A DNA stretch of 64,000 nt from Alphaproteobacteria bacterium (GCA_965232515.1 CBDDPY010000002.1:1504001-1568000), one strand, 5' to 3'. Positions 40,828 to 51,311 are shown, counted from the first letter of the stretch. Program-made: numbers and translations. Notes: generated by a model not told the origin, from the sequence alone.

Positions 40828-41550
40828 TCAGGCGCAGCGAACCGGATAGGTCAGGCCGGAGAACAGGCCGGGCCTGTCGCCGTAGCTTCTCGACGGATCG
40901 TAGCGTTGGGCCAGGCCGGCCGACGGCGGCGTGTTTCCGGAGGCGTACGGATACCAGAGGAACCGGGGATTGACGATGAGGTCGCTGTAGGCCGCGAACT
41001 GAAGCAGGGACAACGTCCCGCCCTCGAATTCCGGCGGCGCTGGTCCGACGAGGGGGACCATGTGCAGGTGGTAGTTGTCCCAACCGCCGGAATCCGTGCC
41101 CGTGGCGCCCATCGTGCCGATCTGCTGGCCCCGCCCGACGTCCTCGCCGGCGCGCACGTCAAAGGTGTCGAGGTGCCAGTAGGTCGTGTAGATGTGGTTG
41201 CCGGACTCATCGGCCCCATGATGGATGGCGACAAACCGACCGCCATCGGACGTCGCGTCCACCAACAGCACCCGGCCCGGCGCCGACGCCAGGATCGGCG
41301 TTCCGCGCGGCAGGTGGATATCGATCCCCGGGTGGGGCCTACTGCGCAGCTTGCCGTGGGCGTTCGTCGCGGCCCACCACTCGGACTCGATGGGCGGGCA
41401 GCCTTGCGCCACGTCGCTCGGCGCGACCTGTTTCAGGGACACGGCATAGGGCGACGGCTTGATGTATTCCGCGCATCCGCCGATCGCGAGCAGGATCGAA
41501 ACGCCGACGCCGGACGCCAAGGCGGCTTTTCGGATCGGACGAGCTTGCAT
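40828..41550 (-). CDS. M23 family metallopeptidase, lipoprotein
   Basis: Lipobox-like LAIGGC; HPGID, TTYWHL, GTMGATG, YHLH. Confidence 0.85.
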   Translation of the reverse strand: MQARPIRKAALASGVGVSILLAIGGCAEYIKPSPYAVSLKQVAPSDVAQGCPPIESEWWAATNAHGKLRSRPHPGIDIHLPRGTPILASAPGRVLLVDATSDGGRFVAIHHGADESGNHIYTTYWHLDTFDVRAGEDVGRGQQIGTMGATGTDSGGWDNYHLHMVPLVGPAPPEFEGGTLSLLQFAAYSDLIVNPRFLWYPYASGNTPPSAGLAQRYDPSRSYGDRPGLFSGLTYPVRCA

Positions 41551-41632
41551 GCGAGGGACCTTTCGAGAAAGACGGCGCCGAGAATTTCCGGATAACGGGT
41601 AACCAATCCGGATGTTTCCAGGTTCGGGTAAA

Positions 41633-41819
41633 CGGAAAGCTAAGACGCCGCGGGACTTGCCGACGGGTCAGGTCGGCCAGGCGCTCGGGTTCCCCCTTTT
41701 CCGTCACACCTTGCGGCCTGGACCGGCTTCCCGAAGATCGCCCCCAACCACGCAAAGCGCACCGCCCTCTCCGGCCCCCCGATCCCAACGAGGCGCCGGT
41801 GCTGACGTTTGAACCGTGA
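41633..41819 (+). repeat. Decayed DUF2855 3' end preceded by a ~70-bp segment shared with 36036-36095
   Basis: gcggcctggaccggcttcc.gaagatcgc.cccaacc...aacgaggcgc.ggtgctgacgtttgaaccgtga. Upstream cggaaagctaagacgccg..cttgccgac..caggtcggccaggcg. Confidence 0.75.
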
Positions 41820-41874
41820 CCGTGCGCAATTTCCGCCGCTGTTTCATGTGGTGTCACCGCAATCCAAGAAGGTC

Positions 41875-41892
41875 TTGAACGACCGGTATAGA
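41875..41892. promoter_or_regulatory. NemR-like TetR operator (autoregulatory)
   Basis: TTGAACGACCGGTATAGA, similar to boxes at 42576, 42608, 46911 and 46942 and to the TAGACC-N4-GGTCTA type consensus. Confidence 0.55.
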
Positions 41893-41937
41893 CCAACTAC
41901 GTTCCGAAGGAACTAGCAGTCGTGTCAGGACAAACCG

Positions 41938-42522
41938 ATGCCGTGGGTAAAAGACTTCGACGTCGATGCAGCGGTCGATCGCGCCATGAACGTCTTCTGG
42001 GCGAAAGGCTACGACTCCACCTCGATCTCCGATCTGACGGAGGCCATGCAGATCAACAAAGGCAGCCTCTACAACGCCTTTGGGAGCAAGAAGGCGTTGT
42101 TCACGCAGGCGCTGCTGAAATATGACCGCGAAAACCGGCAGGCGTCGATCAAGCAGCTCGAGGCCATGGACGACCCGGTTGCCGCGATCCGAGCCTTGTT
42201 CGACTCGCTGATTGCCCAGAGCCGGGCCGACACCGAGCGCAAGGGTTGCCTCCTGGTCAATACCGCCCTCGATCTGCCGAACCATACGGAAGAGGTTCAG
42301 CGCATGGTCACGGCGGCGCTGAAGGATTTCGAACAGTTTTTTCTCCGCACGATCAAGCGTGCGCAAGCGCGGGGCCAAGTGCCCGCAGGGCTGGATGCGC
42401 GCGAGGCGGCGAAGTCGCTTCTGACCCAGGTTGTCGGCCTTCGGGTTCTGGCGCGCGGCGCCTTCGACGCCAAGAGCCTGAAGGCGATCGGGACCCAGGC
42501 GCTCGCACACCTATCCGCCTAG
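41938..42522 (+). CDS. TetR/AcrR regulator (NemR/ComR-like)
   Basis: FWAKGYDSTSISDL, KGSLYNAFGSKKALF, KGCLLVN. Confidence 0.9.
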   Translation: MPWVKDFDVDAAVDRAMNVFWAKGYDSTSISDLTEAMQINKGSLYNAFGSKKALFTQALLKYDRENRQASIKQLEAMDDPVAAIRALFDSLIAQSRADTERKGCLLVNTALDLPNHTEEVQRMVTAALKDFEQFFLRTIKRAQARGQVPAGLDAREAAKSLLTQVVGLRVLARGAFDAKSLKAIGTQALAHLSA

Positions 42523-42549
42523 TTATCTGCCGTTAAAGAGAAAATGCGG

Positions 42550-42630
42550 TCGGGACATTTTTTCTCGGCTTAATCTTGACCGACCGGTATAAACAAGCCA
42601 TGTAGGTTTATACCAACTGGTTAAAACAAC
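42550..42630 (+). promoter_or_regulatory. Promoter/operator with two TetR boxes, copy 1
   Basis: TTGACCGACCGGTATAAA..TTATACCAACTGGTTAAAACAAC; direct repeat of 46884-46964. Confidence 0.75.
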
Positions 42631-42671
42631 CACTTCTGACCTGTGAGCCGAAACCCGCATGGTCCAAAGAC

Positions 42672-44606
42672 ATGGGCCAAGACTGTTCGGAAATGACAGG
42701 CACAGTTCCTCGGGGGGTGACGGCCATGTCCGCAATGGCGCATATCAACGAGATCGACCGCGCCCTGGGCGGCGCACCGACCGGACGGGATGCCGCCGTC
42801 GTGGCCTCCTGGAAACGTTGTGTCGAGGTACACGGGCTCGATCCGGCGCGCCCGAGCCCCGCACATATCGTCACGGCGACGAAACTCAAAGAGCATCGGG
42901 AACAGTCCGAACGGTTGATCGCAATGGCCCGAAGCGGTCTCGAGGCCTTGTTTCGCCAGGTGGTGGGACAGAAGTATGTCCTTCTCCTCGCTGACCAAGA
43001 AGGGGTGACGGTCGACTACTTCGGCGATCCTTCCTGTGAGACTGAGCTGCGCGATGCGGGGCTCCATCTCGGATCGAACTGGTCGGAGAACCTCGCCGGA
43101 ACCTGTGGCGTCGGATCCTGCATCGTGACCGGTGAAGCAATGACGATTCACCAGAGCGATCACTTCGATGTCACCCATACCCCGCTCAGCTGCTCGGCCG
43201 CGCCGATTTTTGACACCAACGGCGCCTTGTCCGCTGTGCTCGACATATCGCTTCTGAGGCCGCCTCAGCCGAAAGTGAGTCAGAACCTGGCATTGGCGCT
43301 CGTAAAGGCTTCGGCCCGCCGCATCGAACTTGCCAACGTAATGGCGATGATGGGTTCCGAATGGGTGTTGCGTTTCTCCCATCTGCCGGAACTCCTGGAC
43401 GTCGACCCTGATGCGGCAGTCGCGCTTGACGGCTCGGGCCGTATCATTGGCATGACGAACGGCGCCGCGCGTATCCTGGGGCGGACGAGCGGGATCGATT
43501 GGCGCCACGGCGAGATGATCGTCGGCCAGCCCCTCTCGTCGTTTTTCGAAATGACCATTGACGATCTGCCGAACGTAACCAGTGCGCGGCCGACCGAGGA
43601 ACGGGTGATTTACCTGCGCGACGGTTCTGCGATGTTCGGGCAGGCGATTTCCCCACAGCACAGCACCAACGCAATAATCTCGGCCCGCAGCGGATTGCCG
43701 GCGCCGCTGCAAGCGCTCAGTGGAGACGATCCGGAAATGCGGTCGCTGGAACGCAAGGCCGCCAAACTGGCCGCTGGCGCCATGCCGATCCTGATCCGTG
43801 GCGAAACCGGCGTCGGAAAGGAGCGCCTCGCGCGGGCGATCCACGCGGGCCGGGGCAAAGACAAACCGTTTGTCGCGGTAAACTGCGCTGCAATACCCGA
43901 ACCACTGTTGGAAGCCGAGTTGTTCGGAAGCACCGGCGTTCACGGGCCTACCCGGCACGGGCTTATCGAAACAGCCAATGGCGGAACGCTCTTCCTCGAT
44001 GAAATCGGCGACATGCCGGTGAGCGTCCAGGCGCGACTGCTTCGCTTTCTGTCCGAAGGCGAAGTCCAGCCGCTTGGTTCGCATATGCCGCTGAAGCTCA
44101 AGATCAAGGTTATCTCCGCGTCGCATCGCGATATCGAGCAGATGGTGAGCGAGGGCCAGTTCCGGCAGGATCTATTCTTCAGGCTCGCGGCGGCGACACT
44201 TACGATCCCGCCGCTGCGCGAGCGGCGGGATTTCGATTGGCTGCTGGATCAGCTCCTGCGTCAGCGCACGATCACGCTGCCTGATACCTATCGCCTGACG
44301 ATGGCCGCCCGTATCGAGCTCAAGCATCGCATTTGGCCGGGCAACATTCGCGAGCTGATCAACACGCTCGATGTGGCGGTTGCCATGTCGGCAACTGACG
44401 TGATTGAACTTGAAGACCTGCCGCGGCCGGTACTGCCGGTCGTGCCCGTCGGTGTGCCGACCGGGGACGACGGCGCTCTCGGCGAGCTCGAAACGGTTCT
44501 GAAGGCCTGCGATTGGAACATCTCCCGCGCGGCGCGGCGTCTTGGCGTCGACCGCAGCACGGTGCATCGCCGAATGCGGCGGCTCGGAATCCGGCGGCCC
44601 AACTGA
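42672..44606 (+). CDS. GAF-PAS-AAA+-Fis regulator (AcoR-like) lacking GAFTGA
   Basis: WSENLAGTCGVG GAF motif; GETGVGKE, LFLDEIGDM, FRQDLFFRL, WPGNIREL; Fis HTH. Start may be 42727. Confidence 0.88.
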   Translation: MGQDCSEMTGTVPRGVTAMSAMAHINEIDRALGGAPTGRDAAVVASWKRCVEVHGLDPARPSPAHIVTATKLKEHREQSERLIAMARSGLEALFRQVVGQKYVLLLADQEGVTVDYFGDPSCETELRDAGLHLGSNWSENLAGTCGVGSCIVTGEAMTIHQSDHFDVTHTPLSCSAAPIFDTNGALSAVLDISLLRPPQPKVSQNLALALVKASARRIELANVMAMMGSEWVLRFSHLPELLDVDPDAAVALDGSGRIIGMTNGAARILGRTSGIDWRHGEMIVGQPLSSFFEMTIDDLPNVTSARPTEERVIYLRDGSAMFGQAISPQHSTNAIISARSGLPAPLQALSGDDPEMRSLERKAAKLAAGAMPILIRGETGVGKERLARAIHAGRGKDKPFVAVNCAAIPEPLLEAELFGSTGVHGPTRHGLIETANGGTLFLDEIGDMPVSVQARLLRFLSEGEVQPLGSHMPLKLKIKVISASHRDIEQMVSEGQFRQDLFFRLAAATLTIPPLRERRDFDWLLDQLLRQRTITLPDTYRLTMAARIELKHRIWPGNIRELINTLDVAVAMSATDVIELEDLPRPVLPVVPVGVPTGDDGALGELETVLKACDWNISRAARRLGVDRSTVHRRMRRLGIRRPN

Positions 44607-45120
44607 AGCGACCTGCTGCAAACTGTTGCACGGACTGTTGCATGCGATAGCAGCCGCAACACATTGCGCGACCTTTTTTGTTGTTGACGGTTTGGTCGAC
44701 CGAAAAACGCTTCACCGCAAAGCCGTTCATCGAGAAAATTTCTCCAAAGCAAAAGCAAAAAAGTGCCATGGGAGAAAGCTCGATGTCCGACTTGGTTGAG
44801 CTCATCCAAACTGTCCGACGTCTGAATACGCCTGGCTGCGCCGGCCGTATCGCGCCGTTGACCGGATAGCTTTGCACTTCCATTAGCACCACGGCCGGGC
44901 TCGCCCGAGGCGCGCCACGACGCCCGGATACCGGGCCGGACCGGACGGGTACCTGGACATCCGAAAGCCTTGGCTTTTGGCGCGTCTCCACACGTCCGGG
45001 GACCTGAGCAGTGGAGGACGGATGTCATGCAATTCAGCAGAGATGAACCGATCGCCGCCTGGCGTGCCGATTGAGAAAGCGATCTGCAACTTCCGCACCA
45101 ACAACTTCGAGGACATCATC

Positions 45121-46662
45121 GTGAAAGAGAACAGGACACGACCACCTCACGGCGTACACATGAGCGAAGCAGAAATGGTACAGCTCGCGGGCGCGGAGAC
45201 CGCCGCTTTCTCATCGCCGGTGCCGACTCAGATCATCTCCAACGGCGAGTACAATCCGCTTCCGCAAACGCCCAAGCAAAAGCAGGTCGAGGCGCTCATC
45301 AAGGAGTACGGCGACACCTACGGCGAGAAGCAGGGTCTCGACCGCCGCAGCTTTCTCCGCTCCGCTTCGGGTATGGCTGCCGCGTTCCTTGCCATGAACG
45401 AGGTGTTCGGGCCGATCTGGTCGGTCTCCGCCGCCGAAGCGCAAGACCGCGATGCCGCCGACGAGCGCGCCGAGAGGTACCGCAATCAGTTCATATTCGA
45501 CGACCAAACCCACTTCGTCCGCGACGACTTCGACAAAGAAGGTCTGCTCGATCTCGGTCACTACGCCGCCAAGCACTGGAACCCAAGAATTCTCGATGAC
45601 ATGCCGATGGAGCTTGGGCGGTTCAAGTTCCAGAACTATCTGAAAGAAATCTTCCTCGACAGCGACACCAAAGTCGCGCTGGTGACGAGCGCGCCGTTCG
45701 ACGAACCCGACTGGTGGCTGTTGTTCAACGACCAGATTGCCGCCGCCCGGGACACGATGAATGAGGTCGTGGGCTCACGGAGATTGCTGGCGCATTCCGT
45801 GTTCACGCCTGGCCAGGATGGGTGGCTTGAGGAAGTGGACCGCTGCATCGAACACTGCAAGCCGGAATCGTGGAAAGGCTACACCGTCGGCAATCCCCTG
45901 GCCGCGACCGCCAAAGGCACGTCCTGGCGTCTTGACGATGAAGAGACGGTCTATCCGTTCTACGAAAAGATCGTCAAAGCGGGCGGCGGGCGAGCGACCG
46001 TCTGCATACACAAGGGATTGCTGCCGGCCGACTACGAAAAGACATGGCCGGAGGTCTGGAAGACCGCAACCGTGTGGGATCTGCCCAAGGCCGCCAAGGA
46101 TTGGCCGCAGATCAACTTCGTCATCTATCACAGTGCATTGCGCGCGTGGCTGGAAGACCCGGCCCCGCTGATGGCGGAGTTCGAAAGGACTGGCTATGTC
46201 CCCTGGTCTACCGACCTAGCTCGGATCCCCAAGGAGCACGGCCTGTCGAACGTTTATGCCGACCTCGGAACGGTGTTCGCCAACGCGGCCGTGACAAACC
46301 CAAGGTTCGCCGCCGCTTTCATCGGTCAGCTGGTCAACGAGATGGGGGCCGACCGTGTCGCCTGGGGCACGGACTGTGTCTGGTACGGGTCACCGCAATG
46401 GCAGATCGAGGCCATGCGCCGCCTCGAGATCCCAGACGACTTGATGGACAAGATGGGCTGGGAGACCCGACTTGGGGCCCCGGACGGCGAGGTTAAAAGC
46501 AAGATCTTCGGCCTCAACTCGGCAAAGCTCTACAACTACGACATGCTCGCGGAATACCCCCAGCTCTCGGGCGACCAACTGGTCAAGATCAAGAGCGAGT
46601 ACGACCGTGAGGCAGTGAAGCGCAACAATGCGTTCTACGGTTATGTGCCGAAGACCAAGTAG
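45121..46662 (+). CDS. Amidohydrolase-family protein with internal twin-arginine-like segment
   Basis: SPVPTQIISNGEY, DRRSFLR, DDQTH, WKGYT, CIHKG, IYHSA, WGTD. Start uncertain (GTG 45121 or ATG 45160). Confidence 0.82.
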   Translation: MKENRTRPPHGVHMSEAEMVQLAGAETAAFSSPVPTQIISNGEYNPLPQTPKQKQVEALIKEYGDTYGEKQGLDRRSFLRSASGMAAAFLAMNEVFGPIWSVSAAEAQDRDAADERAERYRNQFIFDDQTHFVRDDFDKEGLLDLGHYAAKHWNPRILDDMPMELGRFKFQNYLKEIFLDSDTKVALVTSAPFDEPDWWLLFNDQIAAARDTMNEVVGSRRLLAHSVFTPGQDGWLEEVDRCIEHCKPESWKGYTVGNPLAATAKGTSWRLDDEETVYPFYEKIVKAGGGRATVCIHKGLLPADYEKTWPEVWKTATVWDLPKAAKDWPQINFVIYHSALRAWLEDPAPLMAEFERTGYVPWSTDLARIPKEHGLSNVYADLGTVFANAAVTNPRFAAAFIGQLVNEMGADRVAWGTDCVWYGSPQWQIEAMRRLEIPDDLMDKMGWETRLGAPDGEVKSKIFGLNSAKLYNYDMLAEYPQLSGDQLVKIKSEYDREAVKRNNAFYGYVPKTK

Positions 46663-46883
46663 CTGAACGCACGCGTTTCGTTTCGAAGCAATGCAAACCG
46701 GTGAATGACGCCTCCTCCGCCGTCGCGCCCGCGCGCCACGGCGGAGCGGCTGTCCATCTCAGCATGTCCGGTGGAACGTTTGCCGAGCGGTTCTGGCAGG
46801 CGGGTACCCAACCACGCGCATGGCCTTTGGCAACTCCAAGTCCAACGTGCCCGCCTAATTGCCTGTATTCAAAGGGAAAACTT

Positions 46884-46964
46884 GGTCGAGATATTTTTCG
46901 AAATCTAGTCTTGACCGATCGGTTTAAACCCACATATAGGTTTATACCGACTGGTTAAAACAAC
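46884..46964 (+). promoter_or_regulatory. Promoter/operator with two TetR boxes, copy 2
   Basis: TTGACCGATCGGTTTAAA..TTATACCGACTGGTTAAAACAAC upstream of the AhpD-like gene. Confidence 0.78.
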
Positions 46965-47001
46965 ATCGGCCGCAGATCCCGAAACCCGAAAGGAAGCCCC
47001 T

Positions 47002-47568
47002 ATGTCCGAGTTCGTCACCCACACAATTGAATCCGCGCCCGAAGGCGCCAAGCCGTTCCTGCAGGGCGCGAAGGACGCCTATGCCTTCGTGCCGAACCTG
47101 CTTGGCACCATGGCGACCGCGCCGGCGCTGCTCGAGGGTTACATGACCCTGGCGGGCATCTTCGACAAAACCGATCTGACCGAGACCGAGCGCCAGATCA
47201 TCCTGATGACCAACAACCGCCTGAACGGCTGCACCTACTGCATGGCCGCGCACACGACGATCTCGCAGATGGCCAAGGTGCCGTCCGATGTTATCGACGC
47301 GCTGCGCGACAACACGCCGATCGCCGATCCCAAGCTCGAGGCGCTACGCACGTTCACGGAGATCGTGAACGAGAAGCGCGGCTGGCCGGAAGAGAGCGAG
47401 ATCGCGGCCTTCCTCGCCGCCGGCTACAGCCATCAGACCGTCCTGGAGGTCATCCTCGGCACCAGCCTGAAGGTCTTGTCGAACTACACGAACCACATCG
47501 CTCACACCAAGCTCGACGATGCCTTCGTCCCGAACACCTGGACCGATCCGGTGAAGCGCGCCGCGTAA
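47002..47568 (+). CDS. Carboxymuconolactone decarboxylase/AhpD family protein
   Basis: FVPNL, NGCTYCMAAH, KVLSNYTNH. Confidence 0.9.
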   Translation: MSEFVTHTIESAPEGAKPFLQGAKDAYAFVPNLLGTMATAPALLEGYMTLAGIFDKTDLTETERQIILMTNNRLNGCTYCMAAHTTISQMAKVPSDVIDALRDNTPIADPKLEALRTFTEIVNEKRGWPEESEIAAFLAAGYSHQTVLEVILGTSLKVLSNYTNHIAHTKLDDAFVPNTWTDPVKRAA

Positions 47569-47677
47569 AGGGCTGCCAGGGGCCCGCGCCTTGGTGCGGG
47601 CCCTGCCCGGCCGGAGACGCAATCCGGCTCAACCGCCCGTCCCCATCACCTTCACCCCAAGCACGCTGGAGATATCC

Positions 47678-48682
47678 ATGCCGCCGTCCCGCATTCCTTC
47701 CCTGTTCGCCGCTCTGGCCATGGCCGCTTTGGCCGCGCCGGCCCTGGCCCAGGACGCCAACCCTTACGAGGGGTTCAAGGTCCCGCCGCTCGAGGTGTCG
47801 TCGGAGATGCCCTACGCGCACAAATTCATCGAGATCCTCGGCTCGCAGATGGCCTATGTCGATGCCGGTGAAGGCGATCCGATCCTCTTCCTGCACGGCC
47901 AACCGACCTCGTCCTATCTCTGGCGCAACATCATGCCCCACCTCGAGGACCAGGGACGGGTGATCGCGCCGGACAATATCGGCTTCGGCAAGTCCGATCA
48001 GCCGGCCCTCGCCTACACCTTCGGCGATCACTACCGGTACATCGAGGCCTTCATCGAAAAGCTGGCGCTGACCGACATCACGCTGGTGGTCCACGACTGG
48101 GGCTCGGGCCTGGGCCTGCACTATGCGGCGCAGCACCCCGACAGGATCAAAGGCATCGTGACGATGGAAGCGATCATCGCGCCGCTGATCCCGGCGAAAA
48201 GCTACGACGCCATGCCCAAGGAACTGGGCGATTTCTTCCGGACGGTGCGCGATCCGGCGACGGGCCGAAAACTGCTGATCGAGGAGAATTTCTTCGTCGA
48301 AGGCGCGTTGCCGGGCTTCATCGTCCGGCCGCTGGCGAACGACGCGCACGATGTCTACCGCCAGCCGTTCCAGACCGAGACGTCCCGCATTCAGGTCAAT
48401 CAATGGCCGAACGAGATGCCGATCGGTCAGGTGCCGCGGGAGACGCATGACGTCGTCACGGCCTACAACGCCTGGCTGGCGCAAACCGAGATTCCCTGGC
48501 TCTTCCTCTATGCCACGCCGGGCGCGCTGAACCCGCCGGCGGCGGCGGACTATTGGGCCGCGCGGGCCAAGAACATCGAGACCGTCTATATCGGCGCCGG
48601 TCTGCACTACGTGCAGGAAGACCAGCCCTATGCAATCGGCCGTGCGATCGCCGACTGGTACCGCCGGATCCAGGCGCGCTGA
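47678..48682 (+). CDS. Haloalkane dehalogenase (HLD-II-like) with signal peptide
   Basis: FLHGQPTSSYLWRNI, GFGKSD, VHDWG nucleophile, TME, GLHYVQED; leader AALAMAALAAPALA-Q. Confidence 0.88.
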   Translation: MPPSRIPSLFAALAMAALAAPALAQDANPYEGFKVPPLEVSSEMPYAHKFIEILGSQMAYVDAGEGDPILFLHGQPTSSYLWRNIMPHLEDQGRVIAPDNIGFGKSDQPALAYTFGDHYRYIEAFIEKLALTDITLVVHDWGSGLGLHYAAQHPDRIKGIVTMEAIIAPLIPAKSYDAMPKELGDFFRTVRDPATGRKLLIEENFFVEGALPGFIVRPLANDAHDVYRQPFQTETSRIQVNQWPNEMPIGQVPRETHDVVTAYNAWLAQTEIPWLFLYATPGALNPPAAADYWAARAKNIETVYIGAGLHYVQEDQPYAIGRAIADWYRRIQAR

Positions 48683-48763
48683 ACGCGTTCTTATCAAGGC
48701 GGGCCGCGGCCTTCCCCCGGCGTCGCGGCCTACCCCTCATTCCACGCACGAGAAGGGTTCGTC

Positions 48764-49309
48764 ATGTTGCTCGACACACCGATCTGCGATTTCGGCTGGA
48801 AAGCCCCCGACTTCACCCTCCAAGACCCGGACGGCGCCAGCTTCACGATGTCCGATCACCTGGGCGACAAAGGCCTCCTGATCGCCTTCATCTGCAACCA
48901 CTGCCCCTACGTTCAGGCGGTTGCCGAGCGGCTCGCCGCCGATACCCGCACGCTGCTGGACGAAGGCATCAACGTGCTCGCCGTGATGTCGAACGACTAC
49001 CGCCACGTCCCGACGGATTCGCCGGCGAACATGAAGCTCTTTGCCCAGCACTTCGGCTTCGCCTTCCCCTACCTGGTCGATGAAGGACAATCGGTCGGCA
49101 AGGCCTACGGCGCCGTGTGCACACCCGACTTCTTTGGCTTCAACAAAGACGGCGAGCTGCAGTATCGCGGGCGGCTCGACAGCGCCGGCATGGGCGACGC
49201 GCAAAACCGACATCCCGAACTTCTGAACGCCATGCGCCAAATCGCGGCAACGGGCCAGGGCCCGCGCGAACAGGTTCCGAGCATGGGCTGTTCGATCAAG
49301 TGGAGCTGA
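48764..49309 (+). CDS. Thioredoxin-fold (AhpC/TSA-like) protein
   Basis: [32 protein letters not shown]. Confidence 0.9.
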   Translation: MLLDTPICDFGWKAPDFTLQDPDGASFTMSDHLGDKGLLIAFICNHCPYVQAVAERLAADTRTLLDEGINVLAVMSNDYRHVPTDSPANMKLFAQHFGFAFPYLVDEGQSVGKAYGAVCTPDFFGFNKDGELQYRGRLDSAGMGDAQNRHPELLNAMRQIAATGQGPREQVPSMGCSIKWS

Positions 49310-49314
49310 CGATC

Positions 49315-49959
49315 ATGGCCGATATCGATCTCTACACCTGGGCAACGCCCAACGGCTGGAAAGCCTCGGCGACGCTCGAGGAACTGGAGCTGCCCTATAA
49401 CCTGAAGCCGATCGACATCACGACGGGCGACCAGAAGGCACCGGCGTATGTCGCGATCAATCCCAACGGCCGGATCCCGGCGATCGTGGATCACGCGGCC
49501 GACGGTTTCGCCGTCTTCGAATCCGGCGCGATCATGTTGTATCTCGCCGAGAAGACCGGCCGGCTGCTGCCGACGGACGCGAAAGGACGCTCGCAAGTCA
49601 TTCAGTGGCTGATGTTCCAGATGGGCGGTCTCGGCCCGATGCAAGGCCAGGCCAACGTCTTCTATCGTTACTTCCCGGAAACGATTCCGCCCGCGATCGA
49701 GCGCTATCAGAACGAAACCCGGCGACTCTACGGCGTCCTGGATGCGCACCTGGCCGACCATGCGTTTCTGGCCGGCGACTACTCCATCGCCGACATCGCC
49801 AATTGGAGCTGGGCGCGGATCCATAACTGGGCCGGCGTCGGCATTGACGAATTCCCGAACCTGAAACGCTGGCTCGATACGCTCGAGGCCCGCCCCGCGC
49901 TCATCCGCGGCGCCGCGGTTCCGCGCGAGACCAACTACAACGCGCCGGACGATACGTAA
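49315..49959 (+). CDS. Glutathione S-transferase (YfcG-like, TPNG)
   Basis: [33 protein letters not shown]. Confidence 0.92.
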   Translation: MADIDLYTWATPNGWKASATLEELELPYNLKPIDITTGDQKAPAYVAINPNGRIPAIVDHAADGFAVFESGAIMLYLAEKTGRLLPTDAKGRSQVIQWLMFQMGGLGPMQGQANVFYRYFPETIPPAIERYQNETRRLYGVLDAHLADHAFLAGDYSIADIANWSWARIHNWAGVGIDEFPNLKRWLDTLEARPALIRGAAVPRETNYNAPDDT

Positions 49960-49965
49960 TCGGCA

Positions 49966-50019
49966 GGCGCCTTCGGAGTCGGTTCTGGAAATTGGAATCG
50001 AGTAAACTGTCACCGTAAT
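49966..50019. repeat. Right half of the TIR element
   Basis: GGCGCCTTCGGAGTCGG...GAGTAAACTGTCACCGTAAT, just after the GST stop. Confidence 0.78.
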
Positions 50020-50249
50020 CACACTGTCGCCTTAATCAGCCAGGCAAACGACGACAGTCCGCCCACAAGTTTGTCGAAGCGGAGGCCGCGCGTCTCCGGT
50101 TCCTGACTGGAGGTCTGCGACGTCGGCGCACGCTTCGATGACGGGGCGTTCGGCCGACGACGTGCCGTTGAACGAGACGCCCTAAGCCGCCTGACGCCCC
50201 TCTCCCACCGCGCCGCCACGAAACGGGGTTGACGTCGTCGGATATTTAT

Positions 50250-50265
50250 ATAACTTATCAGTTAT
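50250..50265. promoter_or_regulatory. ArsR-type operator overlapping the start codon
   Basis: ATAAC-TTATCA-GTTAT palindrome; TTGACG at 50229. Confidence 0.55.
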
Positions 50266-50635
50266 GGAACTCACTAGTTATGAAACGGGGCCACAGGACC
50301 TCGACGCGGTATTCGCGGCGCTGGCCGATCCGACGCGCCGCGCGATCCTGTCGCGGCTCGCGGCGGGCGACGCCGCGGTGAACGAGCTGGCCGCCCCTTT
50401 CGAGATGAGCCAGCCAGCGGTGTCGAAGCATCTGAAGGTGCTGGAACGGGCCGGGCTGGTCGAGCGCGATGTCGACCGGCAGCGCCGGCCGGCGCGGCTC
50501 AGGGCCGAGCCGATGGCGGCCGCCGTGAAATGGCTGGAAGAATTCAAGCGGTTCTGGTCGTCGAGCTTCGATCAGCTCGACAGCCTGCTGGACGAACTGA
50601 AACAGGCGGAGAGAAAGGGCAGAAATAATGAGTGA
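50264..50635 (+). CDS. ArsR-family regulator
   Basis: VFAALADPTRRAIL, MSQPAVSKHLKVLERAGL. Confidence 0.92.
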   Translation: MELTSYETGPQDLDAVFAALADPTRRAILSRLAAGDAAVNELAAPFEMSQPAVSKHLKVLERAGLVERDVDRQRRPARLRAEPMAAAVKWLEEFKRFWSSSFDQLDSLLDELKQAERKGRNNE

Positions 50636-51122
50636 CTTGCCGACCTATGTGCTGGAGCGGGTGTTCGACGCGCCGCGCGAATTGGTGTGGCGGACCTGGA
50701 CGGAGCCCGACCTGCTGGCGCGCTGGTACGGGCCAAACGTGGAGACCATCGTCCACCGCCTGGAGGTCAAGCCGGGCGGGCTCTGGCTCAACGAAATGAA
50801 ATGGGACGGCAAGTCGAGCTATCAACGCGTCGAATACACCGAGGTCAGCCCGCCCGAGCGCCTGGTCTGGCTGCACGCCACGGCCGACGCCGACTGGACC
50901 ATCGCCGCCAACCCCATGATGCCCGACTGGCCGCGTGTCCTGCTGACCACGGTGACGTTCGAGGCCGACGGCGACCGCACCAAGCTCCGCCTCACCTGGG
51001 TCCCCCACGAAGCCACCGACGCCGAAATCGCCTGCTTCACCACCGCCCTCGCCAACCTCGACAAGGGCTGGGCCGCCGGGATGAACCTGCTCGAAGAATT
51101 GATAGCCGAATTGCAGGGGTGA
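50628..51122 (+). CDS. SRPBCC/AHSA1-like protein
   Basis: ERVFDAPRELVWRTWT, PPERLVW, GW. Confidence 0.9.
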   Translation: MSDLPTYVLERVFDAPRELVWRTWTEPDLLARWYGPNVETIVHRLEVKPGGLWLNEMKWDGKSSYQRVEYTEVSPPERLVWLHATADADWTIAANPMMPDWPRVLLTTVTFEADGDRTKLRLTWVPHEATDAEIACFTTALANLDKGWAAGMNLLEELIAELQG

Positions 51123-51311
51123 ACTGAATGTCGGACACGGCATCGCATGCAGAACACTTAACCCCTGCGAGGTCGATCCGAATAACGATCTGTACAGACC
51201 TTTGGAAATGATGGGCAGCAGCACCGGCCGTCATAAAACGCTGCCCCACGACAATCAATAAAAGTAAATCTGCTTCGCCAACGGGGTAGAATCTTTCGCA
51301 AGGAGGATGAT

